Shown here: positions 38,511 through 48,632 of the stretch, one piece after another | How the letters are laid out: each line of letters begins with the position of its first letter | Position numbering within the stretch: the stretch's first letter is position 1 | Assembly: GCA_902789095.1 (NCBI GenBank) | Contig: CADAMY010000001.1 | Coordinates: 1-57,965, forward strand | Direction: 5' to 3' | DNA length: 57,965 bases | Source: Oscillospiraceae bacterium | Lineage (GTDB): Bacteria > Bacillota > Clostridia > Oscillospirales > Acutalibacteraceae | The notes under the pieces: generated by a model | Seen by the model: only the letters and a program-made list of their open reading frames with translations | Databases searched by the model: none | Told to the model about the DNA's origin: nothing | Made by a program: the position numbers and the translations under genes

Positions 38511-40058
38511 ATGAGTAATTTAAATTTTCCGTCAGTTAAAGAGCTTCTTTCAGCCCAATCAGAACGATTGGGCAATAAGACTTTTTTAAAATACATCAGG
38601 AACGGCGAAATCTGCGAGAAGTCATTTAACACGGTTTACAGCGATACTCTTTCGTTCTGCAGAATGATCAGGCATAAATTCGGCAAAAAGACTAACATTG
38701 CGCTTATTGGTCAGACGGGATATGAATATATAATCAGCCTTCTCGGCATTCTTACGAGCGGATGCTCTGTTGTCCCCTTTTCACCTGAAATCAACGTTGC
38801 CGAAATCAAAGAGCTCTTTGATGACGCGGACATTGAAGCTGTTGTTTTTGATTCAAATTTTGCAAAGAAAGCAGAAATATTAAAGGCTGCTTGTCCGTCA
38901 GTCAAACTTTTTCTGAATGTCAGCCGTTCAGATGATTTTAAGGATATAATGAGAATATATTCCGAATCTTCTAAATATTCATCCTTGTCTGATCAGGACG
39001 TTGATAAAGACGAATGCGCCGCAATTATTTATACTTCGGGCACTACGGGAATCAGAAAAGGCGTTATGCTTTCGACCAATTCGCTCGTCGGAAATATTAT
39101 GTATAAAGACTTCTGCACTGATATTTTCCGTGAGAATGACGTTATAATGTCTGTTCTGCCGATGTATCATATTTACTGCTTTACAGGCGATATTATCAAG
39201 AATCTTAAAGACGGACTGCAGGTATGTTTAAACGGCAGTATGCGCGAGATTACAAAAAACCTTAAAATTTTTAAGCCCCGCATCATGAGAGTCGTGCCTA
39301 TGATTGCCGAAACTCTGCTTCGCAGAATGAAATTATACAGAGCTAAGCATCCGGACTTTTCTTATGAAGAAGCGGCTCATCACGTTTTCGGCGAAAATAT
39401 AAAGTATTTGATTTCAGGAGGAGCATATCTTAATTCCGCCCTTGTTGATGAATATGCAAAGTACGGTATTTTACTTCGCCAGGGATACGGTATGACGGAA
39501 GCTGGATGCAGAATTTCAGTTCCCGACGAAGGCGTTGATCCCTCATCAGTCGGCAGAATCATTGATATTTGCGAAGTCAGGACTCAGGACGATGAAATCC
39601 AGGTCAAAACTCCTACGAGAATGATCGGATATTACAATATGCCTGAAGAAACCGAGAAGATTTTTACTCCCGACGGATGGCTTAAAACCGGAGATCTGGG
39701 ATACGTTACTGAAGATCGGCAGCTATTTATTACCGGCAGAGTTAAAAATCTTATAATTCTTTCAAGCGGAGAAAATGTCTCGCCCGAAGCGATTGAGAAA
39801 AAATTTGCCGGATGCGAAATCATTAAAGAAGTAATGGTTTATGCTGAAAATAATATGATTGCCGCAGAGTTTTATCCTGACTATGAATATGCTCAAAATC
39901 ACGGAATTCAAGATATAAACAGCAGAATCGGGGAAATCACCGACGCATTGAACTCTAAAGCTAAATCATCGCATTTCATTTCAAAAATTATAATCAGACA
40001 AATTCCTTTTGAAAAAACAGGAAGCGGTAAAATTAAAAGGAAGGAAAATACAATCTGA
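38511..40058 (+). CDS. ANL-superfamily acyl-AMP/acyl-CoA ligase (fatty-acid ligase-like)
   Basis: IYTSGTTGIRKGVMLS, GYGMTE, TGDLGY, GKIKRKE. Confidence 0.85.
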   Translation: MSNLNFPSVKELLSAQSERLGNKTFLKYIRNGEICEKSFNTVYSDTLSFCRMIRHKFGKKTNIALIGQTGYEYIISLLGILTSGCSVVPFSPEINVAEIKELFDDADIEAVVFDSNFAKKAEILKAACPSVKLFLNVSRSDDFKDIMRIYSESSKYSSLSDQDVDKDECAAIIYTSGTTGIRKGVMLSTNSLVGNIMYKDFCTDIFRENDVIMSVLPMYHIYCFTGDIIKNLKDGLQVCLNGSMREITKNLKIFKPRIMRVVPMIAETLLRRMKLYRAKHPDFSYEEAAHHVFGENIKYLISGGAYLNSALVDEYAKYGILLRQGYGMTEAGCRISVPDEGVDPSSVGRIIDICEVRTQDDEIQVKTPTRMIGYYNMPEETEKIFTPDGWLKTGDLGYVTEDRQLFITGRVKNLIILSSGENVSPEAIEKKFAGCEIIKEVMVYAENNMIAAEFYPDYEYAQNHGIQDINSRIGEITDALNSKAKSSHFISKIIIRQIPFEKTGSGKIKRKENTI

Positions 40059-40077
40059 TAATAGAAGGAGATTTATT

Positions 40078-41463
40078 ATGAAAAAGATTGATTCACAGGT
40101 TTATGATCTTATCCCACCGCAGGAAATGATTCAGTTTATGCTGAAATATAGTTTTTTTCATAAGCAGGTCACTCAGATTCCCGAATCCATAATTGTTGAC
40201 AAAAAGATTGATTTTGATATTATGACGAAAGCTCTTAATATCGTGATCGAACGAAATGACTGTATGCGACTTCGTTTTTTTAAAAAAAGCGGAAAAATCA
40301 AGCAGTATTTTCTTGATAAATTTGAAGTTAATAACATTCCTGTTCTTCATTTTTCTTCAGTTGATGAACAAATGAAGGTGCTTACTGCCGACGCTCAGAC
40401 TCCTATAAAAGTTTTTAAAGACGAAACGTTCAGAATTAAATTTTTCACGACTTCCGACAACAGATACGGCATTTATCTTTGCGTTCATCATCTTGTTATG
40501 GATAATGCGGCCTGCCTTGTATTTTTTAACGATTTACTGGCAATTTATGATCATCTTAAAGACGGCAAACCGATGCCAAAGCCTCTCGGTAAATATGAAG
40601 ACAGGATCATAAAAGAGCTTGAGTATATCAGCGATAAATCAAACCTTGAAAAAGAAGAAAAAGCTTATACAGAATATATAACCAAAAACGGAGATCCGAT
40701 GTATCTCGGCGTTGAAGGTCCGAAATTCCTTGAAGCGGAAAGAAAGAAAAAGAAGGATCCAACGATTATGGCTCCTTCGCTTTTTGATCCGATTCACGAT
40801 AAGGCTGAGTTTACCAAAAAAGCTCTGCCTGAAGAAGAAGGAAAAAAAGTTATTGAATTTATGGATAAATACGGCGTCAGCGGCGAATGTCTGATTCAGC
40901 TTGCGATGAGACTGTATCTTTCAAAAATAAACGGCGGATATCTTGATACATATTTTATCACACTTTGCCCGAGAAGAAGGACGTTATCCGAAAAACGTTC
41001 AGGCGGAACGGTTACAGCTCCCCTGCCGTGGCGTCTTACTCTTAAAGAAGATACTACTTTTATGCAGGCTCTTGAGCAGATGGCGGAAATTCAGGTTTGG
41101 GCGTTCAGACATATGAATTATCCTTACCTTGAATACCGTGAGCTTCAGAGAAAGTTATTCAATTATCCTGCGGCGGCGGGATCTTCGACTATGATGTTTT
41201 CATGGTTCCCGCTTGAAGAGAACACGATGAACAACTGGAACTATGAGTTTGTCGGTTACGGAATCGGAAGATACGTTATGGTGCTTTATACCTTCGCAAT
41301 GAAGGATGTTAAACATAATACGATCAAAATCACATATCAGCACAGAACTAAGTTTGTAAGCGTTGAGGATATTGATAAGTTCCATGCCGGAACAGAGAAA
41401 GTTCTGAAAATTTGTGTTGAAAACCCGGATCTGACTGTAAAACAGATCCTTGAAAAGATATGA
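40078..41463 (+). CDS. Free-standing NRPS-type condensation (C) domain protein
   Basis: Start set to the ATG at 40078 (GAAGGAG RBS). HHxxxD active-site motif as VHHLVMDNAA. About 461 aa, the size of one C domain. Confidence 0.75.
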   Translation: MKKIDSQVYDLIPPQEMIQFMLKYSFFHKQVTQIPESIIVDKKIDFDIMTKALNIVIERNDCMRLRFFKKSGKIKQYFLDKFEVNNIPVLHFSSVDEQMKVLTADAQTPIKVFKDETFRIKFFTTSDNRYGIYLCVHHLVMDNAACLVFFNDLLAIYDHLKDGKPMPKPLGKYEDRIIKELEYISDKSNLEKEEKAYTEYITKNGDPMYLGVEGPKFLEAERKKKKDPTIMAPSLFDPIHDKAEFTKKALPEEEGKKVIEFMDKYGVSGECLIQLAMRLYLSKINGGYLDTYFITLCPRRRTLSEKRSGGTVTAPLPWRLTLKEDTTFMQALEQMAEIQVWAFRHMNYPYLEYRELQRKLFNYPAAAGSSTMMFSWFPLEENTMNNWNYEFVGYGIGRYVMVLYTFAMKDVKHNTIKITYQHRTKFVSVEDIDKFHAGTEKVLKICVENPDLTVKQILEKI

Positions 41464-41475
41464 GGAGGATATAAA

Positions 41476-41697
41476 ATGCTTGAAAAAGTTAAGGAAATAC
41501 TCGGTGAATTTATAGATATAGATCCCGATACAATAACACCGGAAAGTAATCTCAGGACTGATATCGGTCTTAATTCGCTTGACTGTGTAAGCCTTGCGGA
41601 AGAGCTTGAGAACGAATACAATATTGAAATTCCGAATTCAGAGCTTTCAAAATTCAAAACAATCGGCGACGTAATCAGTTACATTAAATCAAACTGA
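41476..41697 (+). CDS. Acyl/peptidyl carrier protein
   Basis: 73 aa, acidic. GLNSLD phosphopantetheine-serine motif. Confidence 0.8.
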   Translation: MLEKVKEILGEFIDIDPDTITPESNLRTDIGLNSLDCVSLAEELENEYNIEIPNSELSKFKTIGDVISYIKSN

Positions 41698-41712
41698 ACA
41701 TTATATATAAAG

Positions 41713-41745
41713 AAACCGACGGTCTGCTGACCGCCGGTTTTTGTT
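41713..41745. terminator. Bidirectional terminator
   Basis: AACCGACGG/CCGCCGGTT stem with one mismatch, flanked by an A-run and a T-run. Lies between convergent genes. Confidence 0.65.
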
Positions 41746-41758
41746 TGTATAACCAGAA

Positions 41759-43609
41759 TTAATAAAGTTCCTCAAGTACGTCGATAAAGCTGTTCATCAT
41801 AGTTGAGCCGGCTCTCTGACCTGTTGTGAGAAGCATATCGTTAAGGAATCCGTCGGGATTCTCTTTATAGAAGAAGAGAGTGCCGAGCAGAGATTTCGGA
41901 GTGCAGATGTCAGGATACATATATCCGAGAGCGTCGTTTGTAATTCCGTAAAGAAGAACGTTTTTATCTTCGTCGCCTGTGTATTCGCGAACAAGATTTT
42001 CAAGTGTGTCATATCCCCATGTTTCGCCTGTCCATGAAGTTTTGCCGTTCCAAAGTGCAGTTCCGTCATAATTAGGATCAGTACCGTAAACAAGCGAAGG
42101 TGATAATTCGCCGGGGGCTGTGAATATTGCAACGTCGTTTCCGATTTCAATGTAGTTTACTTCAACAACTGCGCCATAACCGGACTCTGAGTCCTTCATT
42201 TTAACAACGTTTTCACCGAGCAGACCGGAAATGCTTCCTAAGCCGAGCAGACCGTTGTCAAGAGGAAGAAGGTGCTGAGAATTTTTAACATTGAGTACGG
42301 GAGCAACTTCAACAGCGCTGTCAACACCGTCAAGAATAACGTGAGCGAGTTTATAACCTTCTTTAAGGTCGTTTTCAAGGTATGATTCAAGCGGATCATA
42401 ATATTTATCCGCATATTTCTGACCGTATCTTTCAGCCCACTGATCTTTTGTAAGAGCGTATTTATTCATCCACGCTTCTGCGTCTTTCTGAAGCTGGCTG
42501 TTTTCGTCACATTCAACGCCGGGAGAGCTGATTGAAGCCTGAGCACTCTGAGTAAATACGATGTTGTATCCTTCATCTTTGAGAGCCATTGCCATATGAT
42601 AAGGATAGTCAGCGCACATCATGTGAGTCGAATCTGCATCTGTATATCCTGTCGGATGAGCCGCGATATTGCTGAGGATCGTTTTCTGACCGTTGTTTCC
42701 TTCAAAAAGGAAGCAGGAGAAAGTATTTTTGTTTTTTACTCCGCTGTTGTTCTTGTCGTGAGTATAGTCAACTTTTTCTGTTTCAAAGAAGCTGAGTTTA
42801 CCGTCGGACATATTTTTGTATGCAGCTTTTGCGCAGTTGAAAGCGCTTTCATTCAGGGATTCCTGCATCTCTTTGCCCAAAATTCTTCTGTTATCAAATA
42901 CTTTAAAGAATACATTGGCAAGTTTAAGAAGAATCATATGTATAGCCATACCCTGGGTATCAAGTGCGCCGTGACAATGAGTAGCGCTGATGTTGAAGGT
43001 AAGAATATCATCTTTAACTACGCCGTAAGAAGAAAGAGCTTTGAGAGCTTCTTCGCGCATTGTTTTAACTGAACCTGCTGTGATGCCGACGCCGTCAACG
43101 CTGACAAAGATTATCATATCGTCAATGCCGTTGTTGTTGGAGTCACTGCCGTTTGAAAGGATAATCATATTCATAAACTGGTCGGTATAGATTTTGTTGA
43201 CCCAACCCTGATATCCGCCTGTAACTCTTGATGGGCGAGTAAGACAGTAGCCGTTAGGATCAGGCTGATTATCGGCGTTGATTCGCCACTGCTCGGGAAT
43301 GACGCTGTCTTTTGCAAAGCCGCCGGACCATCCGTCGCCTCTGACCTGACCGTCGGTGCCGTTAAAATAAATGTCGTTCTGTTCAATGAACTCATCGAAT
43401 TCAACAACGTCTTTCATAGCGGAAAGATGTTCAACCGTACCGAAAATTACATCATGAAGGATTCCGAAAAATCCGTCAACAACGTGAGCGAAAAGACTGT
43501 ACGGCTCGCCTGCATTCTCGCCGTCAGCAGCGTAGCTGACAGTTGAAAGTGAAAATACCATAGCAAGCGCAAGAATAATTGCCGTTAATTTTCTGAATTT
43601 GTTTTTCAT
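41759..43609 (-). CDS. Secreted neutral/alkaline ceramidase-like amidohydrolase (tentative)
   Basis: Signal peptide. GGFAKDSVIP...IIFVSVDGVGI...NISATHCHGALD follows the ceramidase N-terminal domain pattern (..SATHTHsgP..). Confidence 0.45.
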   Translation of the reverse strand: MKNKFRKLTAIILALAMVFSLSTVSYAADGENAGEPYSLFAHVVDGFFGILHDVIFGTVEHLSAMKDVVEFDEFIEQNDIYFNGTDGQVRGDGWSGGFAKDSVIPEQWRINADNQPDPNGYCLTRPSRVTGGYQGWVNKIYTDQFMNMIILSNGSDSNNNGIDDMIIFVSVDGVGITAGSVKTMREEALKALSSYGVVKDDILTFNISATHCHGALDTQGMAIHMILLKLANVFFKVFDNRRILGKEMQESLNESAFNCAKAAYKNMSDGKLSFFETEKVDYTHDKNNSGVKNKNTFSCFLFEGNNGQKTILSNIAAHPTGYTDADSTHMMCADYPYHMAMALKDEGYNIVFTQSAQASISSPGVECDENSQLQKDAEAWMNKYALTKDQWAERYGQKYADKYYDPLESYLENDLKEGYKLAHVILDGVDSAVEVAPVLNVKNSQHLLPLDNGLLGLGSISGLLGENVVKMKDSESGYGAVVEVNYIEIGNDVAIFTAPGELSPSLVYGTDPNYDGTALWNGKTSWTGETWGYDTLENLVREYTGDEDKNVLLYGITNDALGYMYPDICTPKSLLGTLFFYKENPDGFLNDMLLTTGQRAGSTMMNSFIDVLEELY

Positions 43610-43694
43610 AAAAAGACCTCCTGTCCTTTATACTATACCACTTAAAAAGAATATTTGCAACATGGGCTTTTAAAATTTTAAATTATAAAGGAGT

Positions 43695-44789
43695 TTAAGA
43701 AACCGTAATTTTTCTGATCATGGATTTTGCAAGGCAGTTGCCGTCTTCTTCTCCTCCGCAGCAGTATGCTAGAAGGAAAGAATTTCGGTCAATAAAATAA
43801 ACGGAAGGATAGCAGAATCCATAAACGGGATCGTTTTCAATAACAGCATAATCTGAAAAATCAATGCCGTTTTCACTAACAGCCATTACGAGAGGATTTC
43901 TGCCTGCATGGATCCATCTTTTTTCATTGTAAAGCCTGCCGTTATAGTTAGGTATCGGGTTCCAGAAAGCAAAATATATCCCTGAATAAGGATTTCTTTT
44001 TATCAGCATCGGAGATTCAGGAGAAGTGAATCGAGACGCGTTCGGCTCTGACCAGCCTGAATCAGCAGAGTAAAACGATTCATACTGAAACGCTCTGTCC
44101 GTTCTGAAATATGCGTAAAATCTTTTATCCGGCAATTCTATAATGCCCGGCTCCTGAAAACCTGTTTCGGAATATCCGGGATTCTGCATTGAAAAAACAG
44201 GCGAAAAACTCCTCCGGTTCTTTGCATTTGCGTCACATTTAATTATAAAACTTTCAGCAAAATAAATATTTTCATCATTATCGGCTTTTTTAATAATTCT
44301 GTGCCTTGCCGCAGGAACATAAAGATTACCGGTACTGTCTTTGAGAACACGGGCGTTATTGACAACATAATAATATTCGGGATTTCTTTCAATCACAATT
44401 TCAGGCGAAGCGAAAATAAGCTTTTTTTCGTCAATACATCTTCTCATTACGTATTCAGACTGAGCGCCGTATTTGCAAAGATAAAAGATGCACAGAGTCT
44501 CATCATCAAGTCTTATAAAAGAAACGCTCATTATATTCTGAATTTCGTGTTCTTCGGCAGAAATCAAAAAACCGGGAAGATGCTTAAAGCTTTGTCCGTT
44601 ATTCGAAGAAATCATTGCGGCGATACTGCATGGAGCGTCATCGTCTTCGCTGCTGCCGGTATAATGAGAATAAGCATATAGAATCCTGCCGTCAGAAAGA
44701 CGGATAAAATCACCCTCGCTGTTTCTGGGATTATTGTTTTTTCTGCCCAGTACGGCGATAATTTCGGTTTTGATTTTCGGAGTGTTCAT
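43695..44789 (-). CDS. BNR/Asp-box beta-propeller protein, sialidase-like
   Basis: NSEGDFIRLSDGRILYAY plus degenerate Asp-boxes (SSNNGQSF, SADSGWSEP). No signal peptide. Confidence 0.5.
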   Translation of the reverse strand: MNTPKIKTEIIAVLGRKNNNPRNSEGDFIRLSDGRILYAYSHYTGSSEDDDAPCSIAAMISSNNGQSFKHLPGFLISAEEHEIQNIMSVSFIRLDDETLCIFYLCKYGAQSEYVMRRCIDEKKLIFASPEIVIERNPEYYYVVNNARVLKDSTGNLYVPAARHRIIKKADNDENIYFAESFIIKCDANAKNRRSFSPVFSMQNPGYSETGFQEPGIIELPDKRFYAYFRTDRAFQYESFYSADSGWSEPNASRFTSPESPMLIKRNPYSGIYFAFWNPIPNYNGRLYNEKRWIHAGRNPLVMAVSENGIDFSDYAVIENDPVYGFCYPSVYFIDRNSFLLAYCCGGEEDGNCLAKSMIRKITVS

Positions 44790-44804
44790 ATCATTCTCCT
44801 GCTT

Positions 44805-44841
44805 TAAAAATAACGCCTTCGATATTAAAAATACCGAAGGC
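44805..44841 (-). terminator. Terminator of eno
   Basis: Stem GCCTTCG/CGAAGGC with a T-run on the minus strand. Confidence 0.6.
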
Positions 44842-44859
44842 TGAAATTCAATTAATCAA

Positions 44860-46164
<1,305 letters not shown>

Positions 46165-46263
46165 CTACTCCTTTTGTAGTTAAATTTTACTATAAAATTA
46201 TATCACATAACTTGTTTTTGTCAATACAACTTGTTAATAAATTATCATATAATAGTGTAAAAT

Positions 46264-46305
46264 AAAAAAATAAAAGCGGTATGACCTGAGCCATACCGTT
46301 TTTTA
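46264..46305 (-). terminator. Terminator of the 61-aa ORF
   Basis: Stem CGGTATG/CATACCG, flanked by T-runs on both strands. Confidence 0.65.
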
Positions 46306-46491
46306 TTAGCCAATCATAGCTGCGATGCCGGAAATGAAATCTTTAAGAGTTTCAAGAGTTGTTTTGAAAGTTTCGATATCGAAATTATCAATAACAAGTT
46401 TAACTGATGTGAGAACTTCTTCCCAATTGATAGCTCCGAAATAAGCAATGATGGAATTTGCCAATTCCTGTAATGTTGTTAAAAGTGACAT
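46306..46491 (-). CDS. Small acidic helical protein, unknown function
   Basis: 61 codons. GGGGAG RBS 7 nt upstream of the ATG. Has its own near-consensus promoter and terminator. Confidence 0.55.
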   Translation of the reverse strand: MSLLTTLQELANSIIAYFGAINWEEVLTSVKLVIDNFDIETFKTTLETLKDFISGIAAMIG

Positions 46492-46524
46492 ATTTTACTC
46501 CCCTTTTATAATATTATTAATGTT

Positions 46525-46552
46525 ATTATATCATTAATTTTTATAAAATCAA
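46525..46552 (-). promoter_or_regulatory. Promoter of the 61-aa ORF
   Basis: Minus strand reads TTGATT, 16-nt spacer, TGATATAAT (extended -10). Confidence 0.5.
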
Positions 46553-46569
46553 TAGTTTTTTAAAAATTA

Positions 46570-46598
46570 TTGAAAAAGGTTTACTTATATGTTATATT
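46570..46598 (+). promoter_or_regulatory. Candidate promoter for the sugar-phosphate isomerase-like gene
   Basis: TTGAAA, 17-nt spacer, TATATT. Confidence 0.4.
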
Positions 46599-46613
46599 AA
46601 GTCAGGTGATTTT

Positions 46614-47477
46614 ATGAAAAAAAGTGATTTATTATGTATCAATCTTGATCTTAACAGGTTTGATGATTATTCTGTTGAAAAGAAAATCGAGATCATAAAA
46701 GCTTCCGGTTTCAACGGCTTGTTTTATGATAAGGAAAAACAGTCTGATAAAAGCATTTCAGAGAAAATTGCCGGACTTTGTTCCAAAAACGATCTTATTT
46801 TTCAGTCGATTCACGCTCCTTTTTACGGAATGGACGATATTTGGCATGACGATTCGGGCGAAATATCTGCGATAATGGAAAAAGACCTGATCGATTCCAT
46901 TGACGAATGCAAATCTAACGGCGTAACGATAGTCATTATGCACGCAATTATCGGAATGGATAACTGCACTCCGACAGATCTGGGTATCAGACGGCTTGAA
47001 AGAATTATTGATCACGCTGTTAAAAATGATGTAACTATCGCATTTGAAAATACCGAAGGCGAAGTTTATCTTAAAAGAATATTTGATAATTTCGGCGAAA
47101 TCGAAAACGTCGGTTTCTGTTTCGATTCCGGTCATGAAATGTGCTACAACTATTCCCGTGATTTGCTTAAAGAATACGGAAAGTATCTTGTCAGCACTCA
47201 TCTTAACGATAATCTCGGAATGACGGATATCGGCAATATGACTTTTCTTGACGACAGTCATCTTCTGCCTTTTGACGGAATCCGCGACTGGGAAAAGACG
47301 GCGCGCAGTCTTCATAAATGCAATTACGACGGAATTCTCACTTTTGAGGTTATCCCTCAGAGCAAACCGGGACGTACTGCCAACGATATTTATAAAGATA
47401 TGACTTTTGAAGAATATACATATCTGGCATTTGACCGAGCCGACAGATTCAGGCAATTATTTAATAACACAAAATAA
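46614..47477 (+). CDS. Xylose isomerase-like TIM-barrel protein (sugar phosphate isomerase/epimerase, AP_endonuc_2 family)
   Basis: IAFENTEG, SGHE and THLNDN metal-ligand motifs. Confidence 0.7.
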   Translation: MKKSDLLCINLDLNRFDDYSVEKKIEIIKASGFNGLFYDKEKQSDKSISEKIAGLCSKNDLIFQSIHAPFYGMDDIWHDDSGEISAIMEKDLIDSIDECKSNGVTIVIMHAIIGMDNCTPTDLGIRRLERIIDHAVKNDVTIAFENTEGEVYLKRIFDNFGEIENVGFCFDSGHEMCYNYSRDLLKEYGKYLVSTHLNDNLGMTDIGNMTFLDDSHLLPFDGIRDWEKTARSLHKCNYDGILTFEVIPQSKPGRTANDIYKDMTFEEYTYLAFDRADRFRQLFNNTK

Positions 47478-47496
47478 ATTTAATATTTCAATCTTT

Positions 47497-47530
47497 AACG
47501 GGCAATAATTAAGTTGTCCGTTATTTTTTT
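47497..47530 (+). terminator. Rho-independent terminator
   Basis: AACGGGCAA/TTGTCCGTT stem with one G-U pair, followed by a T-run. Confidence 0.6.
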
Positions 47531-47554
47531 GTACATAAAATCTGAGGTGATAAT

Positions 47555-48319
47555 GTGCAATACAATAAGGTTGAAATATGCGGAATAAATACGAACAACA
47601 TTAAAGTTCTCAGCGAAAAGGAAAAAACGGAGCTTTTAGTTAAAGCGCATAACGGCGACAAAGCGGCAAGAGAAAAACTGATAAACAGCAATCTGCGCCT
47701 TGTTCTGAGCGTTATTCAGAGATTTACAAACCGAGGCGAAAATCCCGACGATCTTTTTCAGGTTGGCTGTATCGGACTGATAAAAGCTATTGATAACTTT
47801 GATCTTTCACACGAAGTGAGATTTTCAACTTACGCTGTGCCTATGATCATAGGCGAACTCAGAAGATACCTGAGGGACAACAATTCCGTTCGTGTCAGCA
47901 GGTCGTTAAGGGATACGGCATATAAAGCAATTCAGGTTAAAGAAAAGCTTTCAAACGAGCTGATGCGTGAGCCGACGGCTGAGGAAATCGCCGAGAATCT
48001 CGGAATATCAAAGCAGCAGGTTGTGCTCGCTCTTGAGGCGATAGTCGAGCCTGTGTCATTATACGAGCCTGTTTATAATGAAGGCGGCGACGCAATTTAC
48101 GTTTTAGATCAGATCGGCGATAACTCGTCGGCTGAGAGCTGGATTGACGAAATACTGATAAAACAGGCAATAGAGGAGCTCAGCGACAGAGAAAAAAATA
48201 TACTGAAAATGAGATTCATCATAGGAAAGACACAGACGGAAGTCGCAAAAGAAATCGGTATTTCACAAGCGCAGGTTTCACGACTTGAAAAAGGCGCGCT
48301 CAAAAAAATCAAGAGCTAA
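47555..48319 (+). CDS. sigG: Sporulation sigma factor SigG
   Basis: GTG start after GAGGTGA. NKVEICG..., AREKLINSNLRLVLSVIQRF.NRGE..DDLFQVGCIGLIKAIDNFDLSH.V.FSTYAVPMIIGE.RRYLRDNN is near-identical to the B. subtilis SigG sequence as I recall it. Confidence 0.9.
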   Translation: MQYNKVEICGINTNNIKVLSEKEKTELLVKAHNGDKAAREKLINSNLRLVLSVIQRFTNRGENPDDLFQVGCIGLIKAIDNFDLSHEVRFSTYAVPMIIGELRRYLRDNNSVRVSRSLRDTAYKAIQVKEKLSNELMREPTAEEIAENLGISKQQVVLALEAIVEPVSLYEPVYNEGGDAIYVLDQIGDNSSAESWIDEILIKQAIEELSDREKNILKMRFIIGKTQTEVAKEIGISQAQVSRLEKGALKKIKS

Positions 48320-48332
48320 GGCAGATAACTAA

Positions 48333-48354
48333 ACAGCTCTGAAAAAATCAGAGC
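48333..48354. repeat. Copy 1 of an identical 22-nt hairpin element
   Basis: ACAGCTCTGAAAAAATCAGAGC (stem GCTCTGA/TCAGAGC), 14 nt after the sigG stop. Confidence 0.8.
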
Positions 48355-48602
48355 CTTAAGACTGTCGATAAAGTCGCAAGAACATTTGCAATGGAAGAAG
48401 AATTTTACAAAACAAGATAATAAATGTTAAAACATATAGAAAACAGGAACACTTAAATATGATTTAATTATAATTATATTGCAAATTAGCCGCCTTTTCT
48501 CCCTCTCGCAGTATCTTTATACAGCGACGGTCGAAAATGCGGCTTCTTGCATACTTTCTCGAAGTCTTCCAGTTTGTCGAAAAATACTTTTTCGACAAAC
48601 TG

Positions 48603-48624
48603 ACAGCTCTGAAAAAATCAGAGC
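48603..48624. repeat. Copy 2 of the identical 22-nt hairpin element
   Basis: Same 22-mer 270 bp downstream. Here the stem extends to ACAGCTCTGA/TCAGAGCTGT. Confidence 0.8.
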
Positions 48625-48632
48625 TGTTTATG

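Noticed and set aside
38432-38632. 66-aa minus-strand ORF across the ligase promoter and start
   Set aside because: It overlaps the promoter, RBS and 5' end of a well-supported gene, and has no RBS of its own.
48480-48600. Open frame without a start on the minus strand (...VEKVFFDKLEDFEKVCKKPHFRPSLYKDTARGRKGG-stop), and track ORFs 48464..48664, 48479..48670, 48537..48740
   Set aside because: There is no start codon or RBS, and the three overlapping frames are mutually exclusive. At most this is a gene fragment. It is mentioned under the duplicated-hairpin finding.
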